A stretch of DNA of 51,349 nucleotides from Nemertoderma westbladi (taxonomy: Eukaryota; Animalia; Xenacoelomorpha). The DNA lies in assembly GCA_032718475.1 (NCBI GenBank), contig JAUCBJ010008390.1, positions 1 to 51,349 on the forward strand. The letters are read 5' to 3'. A program made the translations under genes and the position numbers. The notes below the pieces were generated by a model that had not been told where the DNA came from, ran no database searches, and saw only the letters and a program-made list of their open reading frames with translations. Every line of letters begins with the position of its first letter. The first letter of the stretch is position 1. This document shows positions 24,168 to 35,864 of the stretch, one piece after another.

Positions 24168-25625
24168 TCCCAAAGGCTTAGATGTACTTCAGGTTTTCCT
24201 TGGAGAGTTAGGTTACTTTCACGATTGCGACTAGCTACTGTAAACACACTTTAGCAGTAACATTCACCTATAAACTCACAAATACCACACAACTGGTCAC
24301 AAATTACACACACTCGGGCCATTTGTCCGTTAGTCAATGCCTTCCAGAATGTCACTGTATTATTGTGTATCCTTGGATACTAGCAGTGCGCTATTTATTC
24401 CCTATGCTATTCAATGGGACAAGCTTTCTATTGTTCTTTTAACTCAATTCTAATTCTAGCGTGGTTGTTGCCATGGTGACATTATGCAAAGCTAGCGGGA
24501 GAATTAGAGTAATTCCCATGCATACAGATCTGGGATGTTATTTAATAGTAATTCTTTAATAGTCAATGTCCTGTTTGATACATGACTTTATGAATTTTAT
24601 CGGCTATTGACCATGTTTGGGAGACTTTCGCACACTCATACTCATAATAAGACAAATCTCCGCTCCCTTGATCTATTAATTAATGGAATTTTGGGAATGT
24701 TATAAATTGCGTAAAAATGGCAATTTATTAAATTCATTAAAAGGCATGAATTTAAATTTATTCCCTGAAATTTTATTATTTGATAATTAAATGGACATAT
24801 TTTGAGTCTAGAACATGTCTGGGGACACAAGATCCTTAATTCTATGAAAATTGTCCTTTTAAGAATATCGGTAAATGCTACGATATCTTAATTGACTAGA
24901 ATTGTTGAAGGATCTGAATTTTACAGATTTTGATTTATTAGATTTGCAAATATTAAATAATTAATATTTGAGATGGGCACCGATTTATTCCAGAACTTGT
25001 CTGGGGACGTTAACCACTGATTCTAGAATTTGTCTTTCAAGTATATCGGTGGGTGCCGCGATATCTTAATCGACTAGAATTACAGATGGTCAAAGGGTTT
25101 AACAGATTTATTTTGCGTTATACGCTACTGTTAAAGGGACATCACGCTACTATATGTATTATTTAATATACGGTATGAGAGCAATATCGCACGAAGCAAT
25201 GTCAGTGTGAAGAGGCAAGTCGTTTCCAAGGTCTACCCAGAGCTTGGTTTAGCCGAGACACGAGGATCTGAACTTTGCATTCCTAATACTCTGCCTACCA
25301 ATAATACTTGAATATAGTAGTGGCTTTATTGTACTTTAATAAGTACGGACATTTCATCTTACTGTAGTTACGTATTTATAATATAATACGGACAGTAAGG
25401 AAAGAGAAAAACACTTGTTTCTCACCGTCACACTAAATATAATATAAGTAATTACGTACGCAATAAACATGAACATATTGCACTATTCTACTAAATAATC
25501 GCTAAATAATATTCTACTAAATTAAATAAAACGATTATAATAAAATTACAGAGTAATACATACATAAATATAAAAATAATAAAATAATATAAAATAATAG
25601 AGTCACACGCCCACTCCGAACGATA

Positions 25626-25958
25626 TTAAGTTGGGGAGTCCCTAGATGTCGGTTGGATTAGGGAAGTGGTCGTGGGAAGAGTTTCTTGCCTTCCATAGTT
25701 TCCGGAGAGCTCTCTGTCTCTTTCCAGTAAACATAAACGACCCACTGGGCGATTAAGCTGTTGAGTCTCAAAGACTATCCCTGGTTTCTTAAAGTTACGC
25801 CGCATGATGACGAGCTCTACTGATCGCACCAAACCATCGCTCGAGATATGAGTCTCGATGATACGTCCTGTTTGCCATCGCTTACGTGGGAGATCGGGGT
25901 CCACAATAAGCACCATGTCTCCAGCGCTGACGTTTTCTTGCTGCGCAAACCACTTAGT
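25626..25958 (-). pseudogene. Integrase C-terminal (DUF5641-like) domain cut off by a nonsense codon
   Basis: In-frame continuation YLPTLQL*TKWF...GDMVLIVD..LPR..W..GRI......DGLVRSV. The usual BEL motif is LQxRxKW, so TGA at 25959-25961 is probably CGA>TGA. Confidence 0.85.
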
Positions 25959-28900
25959 TCAAAGTTGTAGAGTGGGCAGGTAATGTTTCTCGAAATGGTC
26001 AGCGAAACGATGGGATAGCAACTGCATAAGTTGCCAGGTTCGACGGCAGTACTCGTCTCCGTCTGTGATCTCCGATCGTGGGAGCATGGCTACGGGTTTC
26101 TTCAGTAGAAAGTGCGCGGGTGTTAGCGCTTCCAGGGAATCAGGACTTGAAGAGACTGGCATAAGCGGTCTTTCGTTGAGATAAGCGGCGATTTCCTCCA
26201 TTAACGTCCGCAATAGTTCGTCGGTGAGATAAACGCGACAAGGCACAATAAAGTGGAACGCAGTCTTCACGCTCCTAATCAATCTCTCCCAACTTCCTCC
26301 CCACCAAGGGGCGTCGGCGGCGTTGAAGGTCCAGCTAGACGCTGTTATCCTTAGCTGATCATCCACCTGTCTTTTGTTCCAGTCCTTTACGTAAGCTTGA
26401 ATTTCGTTGTTGGCGCCAATGAAGTTCGTTCCCTTATCCGATCTCATCGTGTTACTGGTTCCGAAACGAGCGATCTGTCGTCGTAAACTCAACACGAAGC
26501 TGTTGGTGGATAGATCGTTTACCATATCGAGATGGATAGCTCTACAAGTCATACAAACGAAGATGACACACCATCTCTTGACTATAGTCCGGGCACGATA
26601 TACTTCAATAGGGCCAAATAAATCCACACCGGTATTAGTAAAGGGTGGTTCGTAGAAGCTTACTCTTTCCCTAGGTAATTCTGCCTCTCGCTGTGTCAAA
26701 GGCCTACTGAATGCTTTCCTACAGGGTATGCAGTTCCTAAGGACTTGGTTCAGAGCCCTACGGGGTTTATAAAAATAGTAGCGAGTTCGAATTTCGCTCA
26801 GAACTCGTTCTCTTCCAGCATGATACAGTTTGCTATGAACATCTACAATCATCTTGATTTGTATGTCAAGATTTCTAATGAGTATGGGAAACTTAGTGTC
26901 AAAGGATAAGGGGGCGTTGGTGAGCCTGCCTCCAACACGTATTAACCCATCTATCATGGTACTAGAGAAGCGATCCCTTAAGCGCATCTGCGGATTTCTT
27001 AACAACAGGAAATACTTATCGGGATCCTCATAGCATTGTAGGAGTCTCAGCATCTGTTTGTTGGTTTTATCATGCTCCTGGTAACTGATCTTCTCCTTTA
27101 GAAACCTGTCGGATATCTTATATTTAGGAAGATCTTTAACAACATGGACTCTTGCAGATGTTGATGGAGCATCATCACTATTGGTCTTTGTCCCGGAGTA
27201 ACGATGATGAAAACATCGTTTTAAATAGGTGACGGCTTTACAGAGCCGATTCCAGGAACTGTAATGACGTATCACTCTCTGCAGGAGAGGTGATAGTCCT
27301 TGCGAAATATCTGGTATTCCAGATTTCCAATCCTTGTCACGGATTTCTAAGACTTCTTTATCCGTGGCTGTGGGTTTCTGATCCAAAGCATCCTCTCCGG
27401 AAGTAAATAATACAGATAGATCAACCGCAGGTTTAAACAACTTCGATTTACTCGCTCGAGTTTTGGGTTTAACTTTCTCCGCTCCCTTGGCCTGTCTGAT
27501 CTCTGCTGTTGTGAGATGGGGAGGCCATTCTTCTTCTTCTCTGTAGAGAAAGTCGGGTCCACCTAACCATTCGGGAGTATTTACCAATTCCTTTGGAGTC
27601 GCTCCTCGGGAAGCGATGTCTGCTGGATTAATCGTTCCGGGGCAATGTCTCCATTGGTCCATCGTCGTGCGACTAAGTATGATGGCTACTCTGTTGGTAA
27701 CGAAGACGCTGAACTGACAGACTTCATTGGTGATATACTCTAACACGAGTAAAGCGTCGGTCCAATAGACAGTTTTCTCTAATGGATAGTCAATCTGTTC
27801 TGTTACATTCCGGCCGATGGCTGTAGCGTATAGAGCCACTTTTAACTCCGCTCGAGGAACTTTCAACTTGTTGTTGATTAATGCCTTAGAAGTAACCAAG
27901 GCGACTTTGATTCCATCCGGAGTTTCCACTCTTAGATAGGCTACTATACCTATTCCCATATCGCTGGCGTCTCCAAACACATGGAGTTGATAGGAATACG
28001 TAGGGAGAACATGACCAAAATATGAACGGGAAATTATAAAATCCTCGATAGCCGGCAGAGAATCTTCCCATTTCATCCACTTCTTCAATAATTCTCCCTT
28101 AAGTGGATCGTCCCATGAGTGGTTTTCAAGCCACATTTGTTGTACCAAACTACGAGCAATCAATATAACTGGGCTAATAAATCCCAATGGATCGAAATAA
28201 GTGCTCAGTATACTTAAGCAAATCCGTTTGGTTCGAACTGGATTATCTCGCTGTTTTAGCTGGAAAAACAGGATATCTCGCTCTGTGTCCCATTTCAAGC
28301 CGAGTGTCTTGGTTTCTGGCAGATCATCTTTGATCAAATCTAGATCTTTCGCCCCTCGATCTTCCGCAGGGATCGACTCCAGAAACTCACGGGAGTTGCT
28401 GGTGAATTTCGTTAATCGAAACCCACCTCTTTTTAAGCACTCTACCGTTCCTTTAGCGACCTCAATGGCTTCCTCAACTGATGGAAGGGACTTCAGATTG
28501 TCGTCCATGTATATGTCCCGCTTGATGTTGTCGATCACTTCCTTAGAGAAGGCCTCTCGGTTGTCCTCTGCAGTGGTACGCACTACCGAACAGGCGTTGG
28601 AAGGGCTTGAGATTATCCCAAAGGCCTGGATGGTCATCCAATACTCCACCGGTTTCTGGTTTAGGTCTCCTTCGGGCCACCATAGAAATCGTAGGCTATC
28701 TCGATCCCTATCCAACACTTTGACTTGCAAGAACATGCCTTCTATATCGGAGGCGAAAGCAATCGAATATTGTCTCAATCTTAAAAGAATTCCCAACAAA
28801 GATTGAAGTAAGTTGGGTCCTGGTAACAATTCAGAGTTAAGGGATTGACCCATGTAAAGAGCGGAGCCATCAAACACTACTCTCACTTCATGTGGTTTAC

Positions 28901-30095
28901 CGGGTTTAGGAACGTAATGGTGAGTTAAGTAATACGTTCTTTCAGTCACAGGTGTTTCTTCCGGTACTCTCTCCGCGTATCCCTTACTAATAAATTTCTC
29001 CAGCTGTGTTTGATACATTTCTTTAGCTGAAGAATTAGCCGTAAGGCGTCGATGGAGTTGCGCGATTCTTTTTTCCGCCAAGGGTCTGTTATTGATGAAC
29101 TTCGGTTCTCTCTTGCGGAAAGGTAGACCGACTTCATACCTACCTTGATCTTTGAGGAAACGTGTAGTTGTCTCTTGGATCTGCTTGGCCCTTTCCTCTT
29201 CCACCGACAAGGCTTTATCGTAGGAATTGGGCTCTACCGCCTCTTGCGTAAAGAATCGTACGGCATGTTCATCTCGAGTCTTGGCATTGCAACGCTCAAT
29301 GACGTCATTTAACTCGTCGTTATAAGCTTCTCGTTCAGATGGATAGAGAAGTTGACATAAGTTCACTTGGTTTTGCCAAGCCTCGTTTTCCTTAAGGAGA
29401 TCGATGGTATTCTCCTCATCAAAAAGCTGGTGAACGTCGTCGTTATCTGAGGAGTATGGAGTTCCCTCAGTTAAATCGTCTCCCTCACTAGTATCATCTT
29501 CCCATTCACTCACCTGGCAGACGCTCTCTTGCGGTAGTCTTTCTCTGAGTGTTCTACGGGAAGGGCCAGTAAAGTACCAACCTACTCTAGTTCTTACCGC
29601 ATAGGTCTGTAGTGGCTGCGGTTGAGCAGGCCATTTCTCCAATGTCTCGAGCGCCTCATGCGCATTTTGGCCGATGAGTATTTGCACTCCAGGATAATCA
29701 GTCTGGAATCGAGGTATCTTAAGATGTTGGATGCTCTCATCCTCGTCCCAATTATAAAGGTCTGCTTGAGTAGTAGCGAAGTTCTTTATAGCCACCATTT
29801 TCACTGACCTTATGCTATGTTCTCCTAGTTCGTCCTGGGGGGTGGACAACGCTCCTACATAATAATCCGCTGTTATTGTAGATTTCCAAACTTGCATAAT
29901 TCCTGACATGTTTAGCTTAGTTCGGAACTTGGGTTGTCCATCGAATATGTCTTCGGCTAGTTCTTTATCAATGAATGTTCCTGTGCTGCCGGAGTCCAGG
30001 AGGGCGTTCACTACATAACTCCGTTTAGGTCCGTGAACCCTTACCTGCACCACAGGAAACTCTCGGATCCCTACATTGAAGATGGCTCTTTCCAA
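25959..30095 (-). CDS. BEL/Pao Pol (protease, RT, RNase H, integrase)
   Basis: ALLDSGS protease, RVVFDGS, SLN..L.PGP, DIEGMFLQV, YMDD, LGLKWD, FDPLG, HVFGDAS, NPADIASRG, HHCC, GVDLFGP, SDKGTNF, PWWGG.WER. Confidence 0.95.
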   Translation of the reverse strand: MERAIFNVGIREFPVVQVRVHGPKRSYVVNALLDSGSTGTFIDKELAEDIFDGQPKFRTKLNMSGIMQVWKSTITADYYVGALSTPQDELGEHSIRSVKMVAIKNFATTQADLYNWDEDESIQHLKIPRFQTDYPGVQILIGQNAHEALETLEKWPAQPQPLQTYAVRTRVGWYFTGPSRRTLRERLPQESVCQVSEWEDDTSEGDDLTEGTPYSSDNDDVHQLFDEENTIDLLKENEAWQNQVNLCQLLYPSEREAYNDELNDVIERCNAKTRDEHAVRFFTQEAVEPNSYDKALSVEEERAKQIQETTTRFLKDQGRYEVGLPFRKREPKFINNRPLAEKRIAQLHRRLTANSSAKEMYQTQLEKFISKGYAERVPEETPVTERTYYLTHHYVPKPGKPHEVRVVFDGSALYMGQSLNSELLPGPNLLQSLLGILLRLRQYSIAFASDIEGMFLQVKVLDRDRDSLRFLWWPEGDLNQKPVEYWMTIQAFGIISSPSNACSVVRTTAEDNREAFSKEVIDNIKRDIYMDDNLKSLPSVEEAIEVAKGTVECLKRGGFRLTKFTSNSREFLESIPAEDRGAKDLDLIKDDLPETKTLGLKWDTERDILFFQLKQRDNPVRTKRICLSILSTYFDPLGFISPVILIARSLVQQMWLENHSWDDPLKGELLKKWMKWEDSLPAIEDFIISRSYFGHVLPTYSYQLHVFGDASDMGIGIVAYLRVETPDGIKVALVTSKALINNKLKVPRAELKVALYATAIGRNVTEQIDYPLEKTVYWTDALLVLEYITNEVCQFSVFVTNRVAIILSRTTMDQWRHCPGTINPADIASRGATPKELVNTPEWLGGPDFLYREEEEWPPHLTTAEIRQAKGAEKVKPKTRASKSKLFKPAVDLSVLFTSGEDALDQKPTATDKEVLEIRDKDWKSGIPDISQGLSPLLQRVIRHYSSWNRLCKAVTYLKRCFHHRYSGTKTNSDDAPSTSARVHVVKDLPKYKISDRFLKEKISYQEHDKTNKQMLRLLQCYEDPDKYFLLLRNPQMRLRDRFSSTMIDGLIRVGGRLTNAPLSFDTKFPILIRNLDIQIKMIVDVHSKLYHAGRERVLSEIRTRYYFYKPRRALNQVLRNCIPCRKAFSRPLTQREAELPRERVSFYEPPFTNTGVDLFGPIEVYRARTIVKRWCVIFVCMTCRAIHLDMVNDLSTNSFVLSLRRQIARFGTSNTMRSDKGTNFIGANNEIQAYVKDWNKRQVDDQLRITASSWTFNAADAPWWGGSWERLIRSVKTAFHFIVPCRVYLTDELLRTLMEEIAAYLNERPLMPVSSSPDSLEALTPAHFLLKKPVAMLPRSEITDGDEYCRRTWQLMQLLSHRFADHFEKHYLPTLQL

Positions 30096-33000
30096 GAAGG
30101 TTGTCGATCCGAAGTAGTTAGAGTGAGGTCGCTGTCGGTATCCTTTTCATATGTGAGTGCTCGATACACTGCGGTATTTATCATGTAACAGGATTCGTTT
30201 TCGTCGGAGAACTCGTCCGTATAGAATCCTTCCATCTCAGATTGATCAGTGTCGTTCACATCACTGAATTGGACATGTAGTTCGGAATCACTTACCTGAC
30301 TCGGACTATTTCGCTCGAATTCAGTGTGCAACAATATATGATGTTTCGCACCGCACTTGGCACATCTTGTGTCAGAGTAACAGGATCGCCGCTGGTGTCC
30401 TTGTCTGAGGCAATTATAGCACAACCGCTTGTCCCACATGACTTCACGTCTCTCAGTTAATGATTTCTTTAGAAATTCATCACACATATTTAAGCGATGG
30501 GTCCCATCACATAGCGCACATTTCGGTTTGATGTTACTCACCTTACTCTGAGTGACATTGTGTACACTTGTTTTTTCTTCGGGCTTTCTCACCTGAATTC
30601 TCTTGGGAGACGTAGGAGGAGTTTTTCTTACCTGTTCTCTCCTGTCATTTGTTCGAGACTTGAATTTACTTACCTGATCTCTAGGCATTTTATTTACGTA
30701 ATAAGCGCGGTCAGTGTCTTTCCCGCTATCTTCTCCTTGAGAAGTCTGGCTTTCGCCATCATCTGTATAACACACTGGTGTTACCTTTCTCCTAGCGACG
30801 GGTTTTTCACTTACCTTGTTTTCCGGTGTCTTCTCTCTGGACAGTTTCAGGAGCTGTAATTTCACTTCTCCATCTAGGAATGACATGAGATCAGCCATGG
30901 TAGGGTCTCTTCGTTGTTGTTCCATCATATATAACACTTTCTTATCCCAGCGTGTACCTACTCCACCCTTCGGTAAAGTAGAAGCTACTGCTCTAATAAC
31001 CATAGTGTTCTGATACTCATGAGACTTACCTAGCCAATCTAATTGTCTGCAGATCTCCTGAATCTCATCGGAAAACTCTATAATTCCGCTGCTAATAAAC
31101 TTTCGGAGCTCTACCAACTTTGCATACAAATACCCAGCTATGTTATTCCTATTACCATACCTGATGTTAAGTGTATCCCAAACTTGTCTTAATCCGTCTG
31201 GATGTCCAATAAACTTTAACGCCATTAACTTGGGAGATCCTTCCAAGCATTCGATGAGGAATCTAAGTTTCTCTCCATTAGATAGCACAGAGTTCTGTAT
31301 GTTATCTTTGTAATATTCATTAAAAGGTAACCATTTCATCTCATCTCCATTGAACTTGACGATCTCTCCCACCTTTACCGCTTGCCGGGCTTCGGTTCTA
31401 GCCATTTGACGCGTAAAACTTTCTTGGGCCATCGTGTTATTTAATATCGAGTTATCGGTATATAAATTTCTCGGATTATGATCCGTTCTATATGGAATAT
31501 CATTATCAACAGGTCTATAATTACCCTTAATAGGGTTCACTATAGGAGTTTCTACTTCGCTAGCAGTATAGATGCGTGTAGGCTCCACACCTTGCGCATG
31601 CGATACTTCAGACCTAACAGGTTGACACATTGTTACAAGGGGTGGTGGTATACCCTTTTGTAAATTTACTAATTTATCGCGTTCTAACGCGATATTTTGC
31701 TGCACTTCCTGCAACTCTAACCTACTTTCCTTTACGGTTCCCTTTAACTGTTGAACAGTCCCTTCTAACTCTCGGACCTGTTGGGAGGAGCGCCTTTGAT
31801 TCTCCTCCATCTTTCCGAGGAGAATGTCCATCCCCCGCCGTCTCTCGTCCACCCAATCAACCGCCGAAACGGGATCCGCCAACGTTGTAGCGGGCGGACG
31901 AGGGACAACGGGCGACAAATCATGAACATTCCGCTCGGAGTCCAGAGCATGAACTGTCTCATGGGCTGTTCTGCTGGGCACAGGTAGCTTAGTGCTGTGC
32001 AACGGGAATTGAGAGGTAGGTTCAGGGAGTACAGGTGTCTCTACGACCGAAAGGGTAGCTTCGGGAACAGGCCTAATTATTTCAGGCTCATCTACTATAG
32101 TAGGGAGTCTCTCTATTGTAATTATTTGGTCTGTGGGTGCTGTACTCGCCAAGTTGGTGTTATTTAGTTGCCTTCTAACAGCTGGAGGCAAATCAGGCAA
32201 TTTCTGACGGTGGAATGTTCTTTTACGTCTGCTTAGACGAGATCGATTTCCTCCGCCTTCAGTGTCGGTGGTATCGCCTTCCTCAGATGATGTATAACCC
32301 TGTCTTTTGGGAGTAGATCGATTCATCATCTGCATATTACTAGCTGTTAACTGTTTACTGAAGTCGTCTTGCTTCTCTTGAAGATTTTCCAACTCCAGTT
32401 GGGCGATCTCTTCAGCCGCTCTCCGTTCTGCTTCCGCCACCGCTGCCGCTTTTGCCTCTGCCGCTGCCGCTGCTGCCGCTGCCAAGGTCGCTTTTCTTTC
32501 TGCCTCTGCCACTGCTGCTATCTTTCTGTCTTCTATACGTTTTTTCCTTACTTTTTCTTCTTGGTCTCTAGCGATGCGGAGTTGTTCATCGAATTTAGCT
32601 TGGTTCGCCGCTAACCTATCCACATCAATTGCATCCAACACACGCTGGGCTCCTTCACTATTAGGACTAAGTCCCGCTAACCTTCTCCTCAACTCTTCAT
32701 CTCCTACAAAACGTTGATAGTCTGACAGATAGATGTCAATGGCATCCCTCTTATGCGGTTTCTCTGCCGTCGCTTCACTTTCCACTTGGGAAAAAGTAGC
32801 GTCTGTTGATTCTCCATGGGTTGAGCGCTCCTCCAGCTGATCTTTCCACTGAGCTGTTCCTTGAACCTGGCGACTCACCCGTTGAAACCAAGTCTTTACG
32901 GCAACTTGCAACGACGTGTCTTGTCTTCTTTTAGAAGCCTCTTCAAAGGCTGATAATATTAGCCTAATTCGCAGAATTCTTTCTCTAACTTGATAAAGCA

Positions 33001-33697
33001 GTTGTCCCTGCTCTTGAGGTCCTTGAGGTTGTTGTAACAGTTGTTTTTCTACTCTCTCCATAGAGCTGAAGAATCCCTGTGCGTATCCGGCTGCGGACCT
33101 CTTCCACACAGCTGGATCGATGGTTTCCTTGGCTACTCCCATCCGGTGTATGTCTTCCCAGGCAGCTTCTGATAAATCGAACGGGAGTCCGGGTCCGGGG
33201 AAGTTCCATTGCGACTCGACCATAGATTTCAGTTCCTCCTTTGTGTATCCCACATAACTATCTTTAGTTGAGCGCTTACTTCTCGCCCAATCGATCTGGT
33301 GTTCTTCCACCGCGATCAATAGCCTAGTGAGTACGGCTGCAGGAAGGATGAGAAGGGGATCCGAATAAACCGCATCCGTCATCCTTGCTCCGCGCTCGGG
33401 TGTCAGTTCTACAGTATCTTCACTACTGGAGCTGTCGGGCCGCTGAGAAATAAATTCTTGGCTCGCGGGTGGTTGCTGTTCCGCTGCTTTTTGGTCCCGC
33501 TTGACCTGAGCTCGAGTGCCTATGATAGACCTACGATGTTGGACCAGCCTAGGTTCTGTTATTACTACTGGAGGGATGACCTTTCTCACAGTGGGAGGTG
33601 AACTGAACTTAGGTGTAGACGGTTCTACACCTTTATCTGAGTCGCAGATAGTTACATCTAATAAACTGTCTGACAGGTTCTGCTTAATATCAGACAT
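30071..33697 (-). CDS. BEL/Pao Gag with a long N-terminal extension (1208 aa)
   Basis: DUF1759-like F.GD...W..F...K...L..CL.G region and knuckles CALCDGTHRLNMC, CYNCLRQGHQRRSC, CAKCGAKHHILLH. Confidence 0.9.
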   Translation of the reverse strand: MSDIKQNLSDSLLDVTICDSDKGVEPSTPKFSSPPTVRKVIPPVVITEPRLVQHRRSIIGTRAQVKRDQKAAEQQPPASQEFISQRPDSSSSEDTVELTPERGARMTDAVYSDPLLILPAAVLTRLLIAVEEHQIDWARSKRSTKDSYVGYTKEELKSMVESQWNFPGPGLPFDLSEAAWEDIHRMGVAKETIDPAVWKRSAAGYAQGFFSSMERVEKQLLQQPQGPQEQGQLLYQVRERILRIRLILSAFEEASKRRQDTSLQVAVKTWFQRVSRQVQGTAQWKDQLEERSTHGESTDATFSQVESEATAEKPHKRDAIDIYLSDYQRFVGDEELRRRLAGLSPNSEGAQRVLDAIDVDRLAANQAKFDEQLRIARDQEEKVRKKRIEDRKIAAVAEAERKATLAAAAAAAAEAKAAAVAEAERRAAEEIAQLELENLQEKQDDFSKQLTASNMQMMNRSTPKRQGYTSSEEGDTTDTEGGGNRSRLSRRKRTFHRQKLPDLPPAVRRQLNNTNLASTAPTDQIITIERLPTIVDEPEIIRPVPEATLSVVETPVLPEPTSQFPLHSTKLPVPSRTAHETVHALDSERNVHDLSPVVPRPPATTLADPVSAVDWVDERRRGMDILLGKMEENQRRSSQQVRELEGTVQQLKGTVKESRLELQEVQQNIALERDKLVNLQKGIPPPLVTMCQPVRSEVSHAQGVEPTRIYTASEVETPIVNPIKGNYRPVDNDIPYRTDHNPRNLYTDNSILNNTMAQESFTRQMARTEARQAVKVGEIVKFNGDEMKWLPFNEYYKDNIQNSVLSNGEKLRFLIECLEGSPKLMALKFIGHPDGLRQVWDTLNIRYGNRNNIAGYLYAKLVELRKFISSGIIEFSDEIQEICRQLDWLGKSHEYQNTMVIRAVASTLPKGGVGTRWDKKVLYMMEQQRRDPTMADLMSFLDGEVKLQLLKLSREKTPENKVSEKPVARRKVTPVCYTDDGESQTSQGEDSGKDTDRAYYVNKMPRDQVSKFKSRTNDRREQVRKTPPTSPKRIQVRKPEEKTSVHNVTQSKVSNIKPKCALCDGTHRLNMCDEFLKKSLTERREVMWDKRLCYNCLRQGHQRRSCYSDTRCAKCGAKHHILLHTEFERNSPSQVSDSELHVQFSDVNDTDQSEMEGFYTDEFSDENESCYMINTAVYRALTYEKDTDSDLTLTTSDRQPSWKEPSSM

Positions 33698-35007
33698 GTT
33701 TGTTTACACAGTTGAATGTCTACCGCTATATTACAGTCTAAGCAAGTCTAGTAATTTAGTGTTAACTGCTAGCCTAGTAATTAATTACCGATACTGCTAC
33801 TCAATGTAGCGTGATATATATAATATATTAGAATACCGGTATGCTTATTGTATATATAAGTATTATTACAGACTAGGTTTTTCACAGAAACCGGTATATA
33901 ATTTTAGCACAAATATATATAAATATATAATAGGCCTATCGGGAATACCGGTATACAGCTTACAGTTTGTAGTATATATAATTCTGGACTAGAATTAATT
34001 ACAAGTACCGGTATAATTTCAGCCTAAATTTATTAGAAATAAAGATAATAGGCCTATCGTAAATACCGGTATATCAATTATTTTAAATAATTGAATTTCT
34101 GAATTTTAGGGTTACTTGGTTACTTTACTTACTTTATTACCGCTATTTAAGCAGTAGTCCAACTGATATTGAGACCTAATTGTTGTATGGCAGGCCTACT
34201 ATTTATAAATCGTTTGAGTTGATTTATAATATATATATACCCGTTTTAATGGGTTTTGTCAATGTTTGAAATAAATGTTATTATTTCTGGGGAGTAATCA
34301 CTACACAAAGCGGTGCGCTTTCAGTGAAGTGTTACTTATAGGACACTAAAACAAATAATGCTAATTTACCTAAGTTACTTAATACTACAAATTACGTACA
34401 ATTCGGGTGAGATTACAATCTCTAAATAAACACAAAAATTTACAAAAAACACAAAATACGAATTTTCAGGGTAATTTTACAAGAAGTCTACAAACCAGCC
34501 TAACAAAGGGTTAGAATCTGGTTATTACAACGGACAGGGTACTACGGTATTTGAAAATAATAAGTAGTAGTAAATACACTGCGTTGTCCAGATAGGAAAA
34601 TACCACCGCCTGACGACCTATAGCCGTATCGCTATAGGTACTACGTTATGTATCACGGAGTGTTCCTACCTAGAAGTTAATAGAGCTAATCGAACGTGCC
34701 TATCAACCACTTTACAACACAAATATAATGCCTACACTAATTACTCTCGGAAAGCACTGTACACTAAACCCTAAATTAGGTACGAGTGCTTATACAACAG
34801 ATAATCAGTAGTTAAAAATACTTGAACAGCTAAAAGAACCACGGCATCTGCTGGAGTGACCGGTGCACAAAATCACCAGTCTTTACCTACGCCAAGCAGC
34901 CCGTGTAGTACCGGGGTTAATTTAACTATAACGGTATGTATAACAAACACAATTATTGTAGGAACAAACTTGGGGAATGAATGTTGCGAATAATCGCATA
35001 AACTCTG

Positions 35008-35585
35008 AATAATAAATATTACGCTACGCGTACAAACCACTCAAACAAAATGCAGACCAAATACTGACAGACTACTATCAAGCCTAAATAAACTACAGGA
35101 CATGCAGACTCCGAAATGATTAGGTAGTATGCGTTCTAACCCAGTAGTACGACTTATTCTTTAGTTGGGGGTTTACCTTACAGCATTGGCTGCCCCTACT
35201 TCCTAACCGTTCTTTATCGGACAGAGGCTCTACACACACTGCAATCCGTTCAGACCTAATAACAGCCAGACAACTATCCAGCCTACAAATTATCTAAATA
35301 AATATTATACGCTACCCGTACAGACTTACACAAACAAAGTACAGACTAAACGATGGCAGACTACTCTCAAGCCTAAATAAACTACAGGACATGCAGACTC
35401 CGAAATGATTAGGTAGTATGCGTTCTAACCCAGTAGTACGACTTATTCTTTAGTTGGGGGTTTACCTTACAGCATTGGCTGCCCCTACTTCCTAACCGTT
35501 CTTTATCGGACAGATGATCTACACACACTGCAATCCGTTCAGGCCTAACAGCAATCAGACAACAGCTCAGCCTACAAATTGTCTG
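35008..35585 (-). repeat. Two tandem ~289-bp repeats in the BEL 5' UTR
   Basis: Core 35079-35225 is identical to 35368-35514, while the flanks have diverged. Confidence 0.9.
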
Positions 35586-35852
35586 TACAATCTGATCAGG
35601 CTTACACGCCTTCTGTTCAATACTGGCCTACAAACAAATAAAACTTGACAGAAATAAGTAAAAATCTCAATAAAAAACCAGGGCTGCAGTCCCTGATTAA
35701 TTATTAAGGCCTACCGGTATATAATTATCAAAATCGAATAATACTGCTGTACCTGTACTGCTGTAGGTACCGGTCCGGGTGGTTAGGTAGTCAGGCCTAC
35801 TGGGTGCCGGTTGCCGGTACTTCAGCTTTATTGCCTACTGCAATACAGAAGC

Positions 35853-35864
35853 TATATCCGTTAT
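35853..35864 (-). promoter_or_regulatory. Non-tRNA primer-binding site, self-complementary to the LTR
   Basis: Sense ATAACGGATATA abuts the 5' LTR and is the exact complement of sense TATATCCGTTAT at 36591-36602 (and 21907-21918). Confidence 0.75.
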
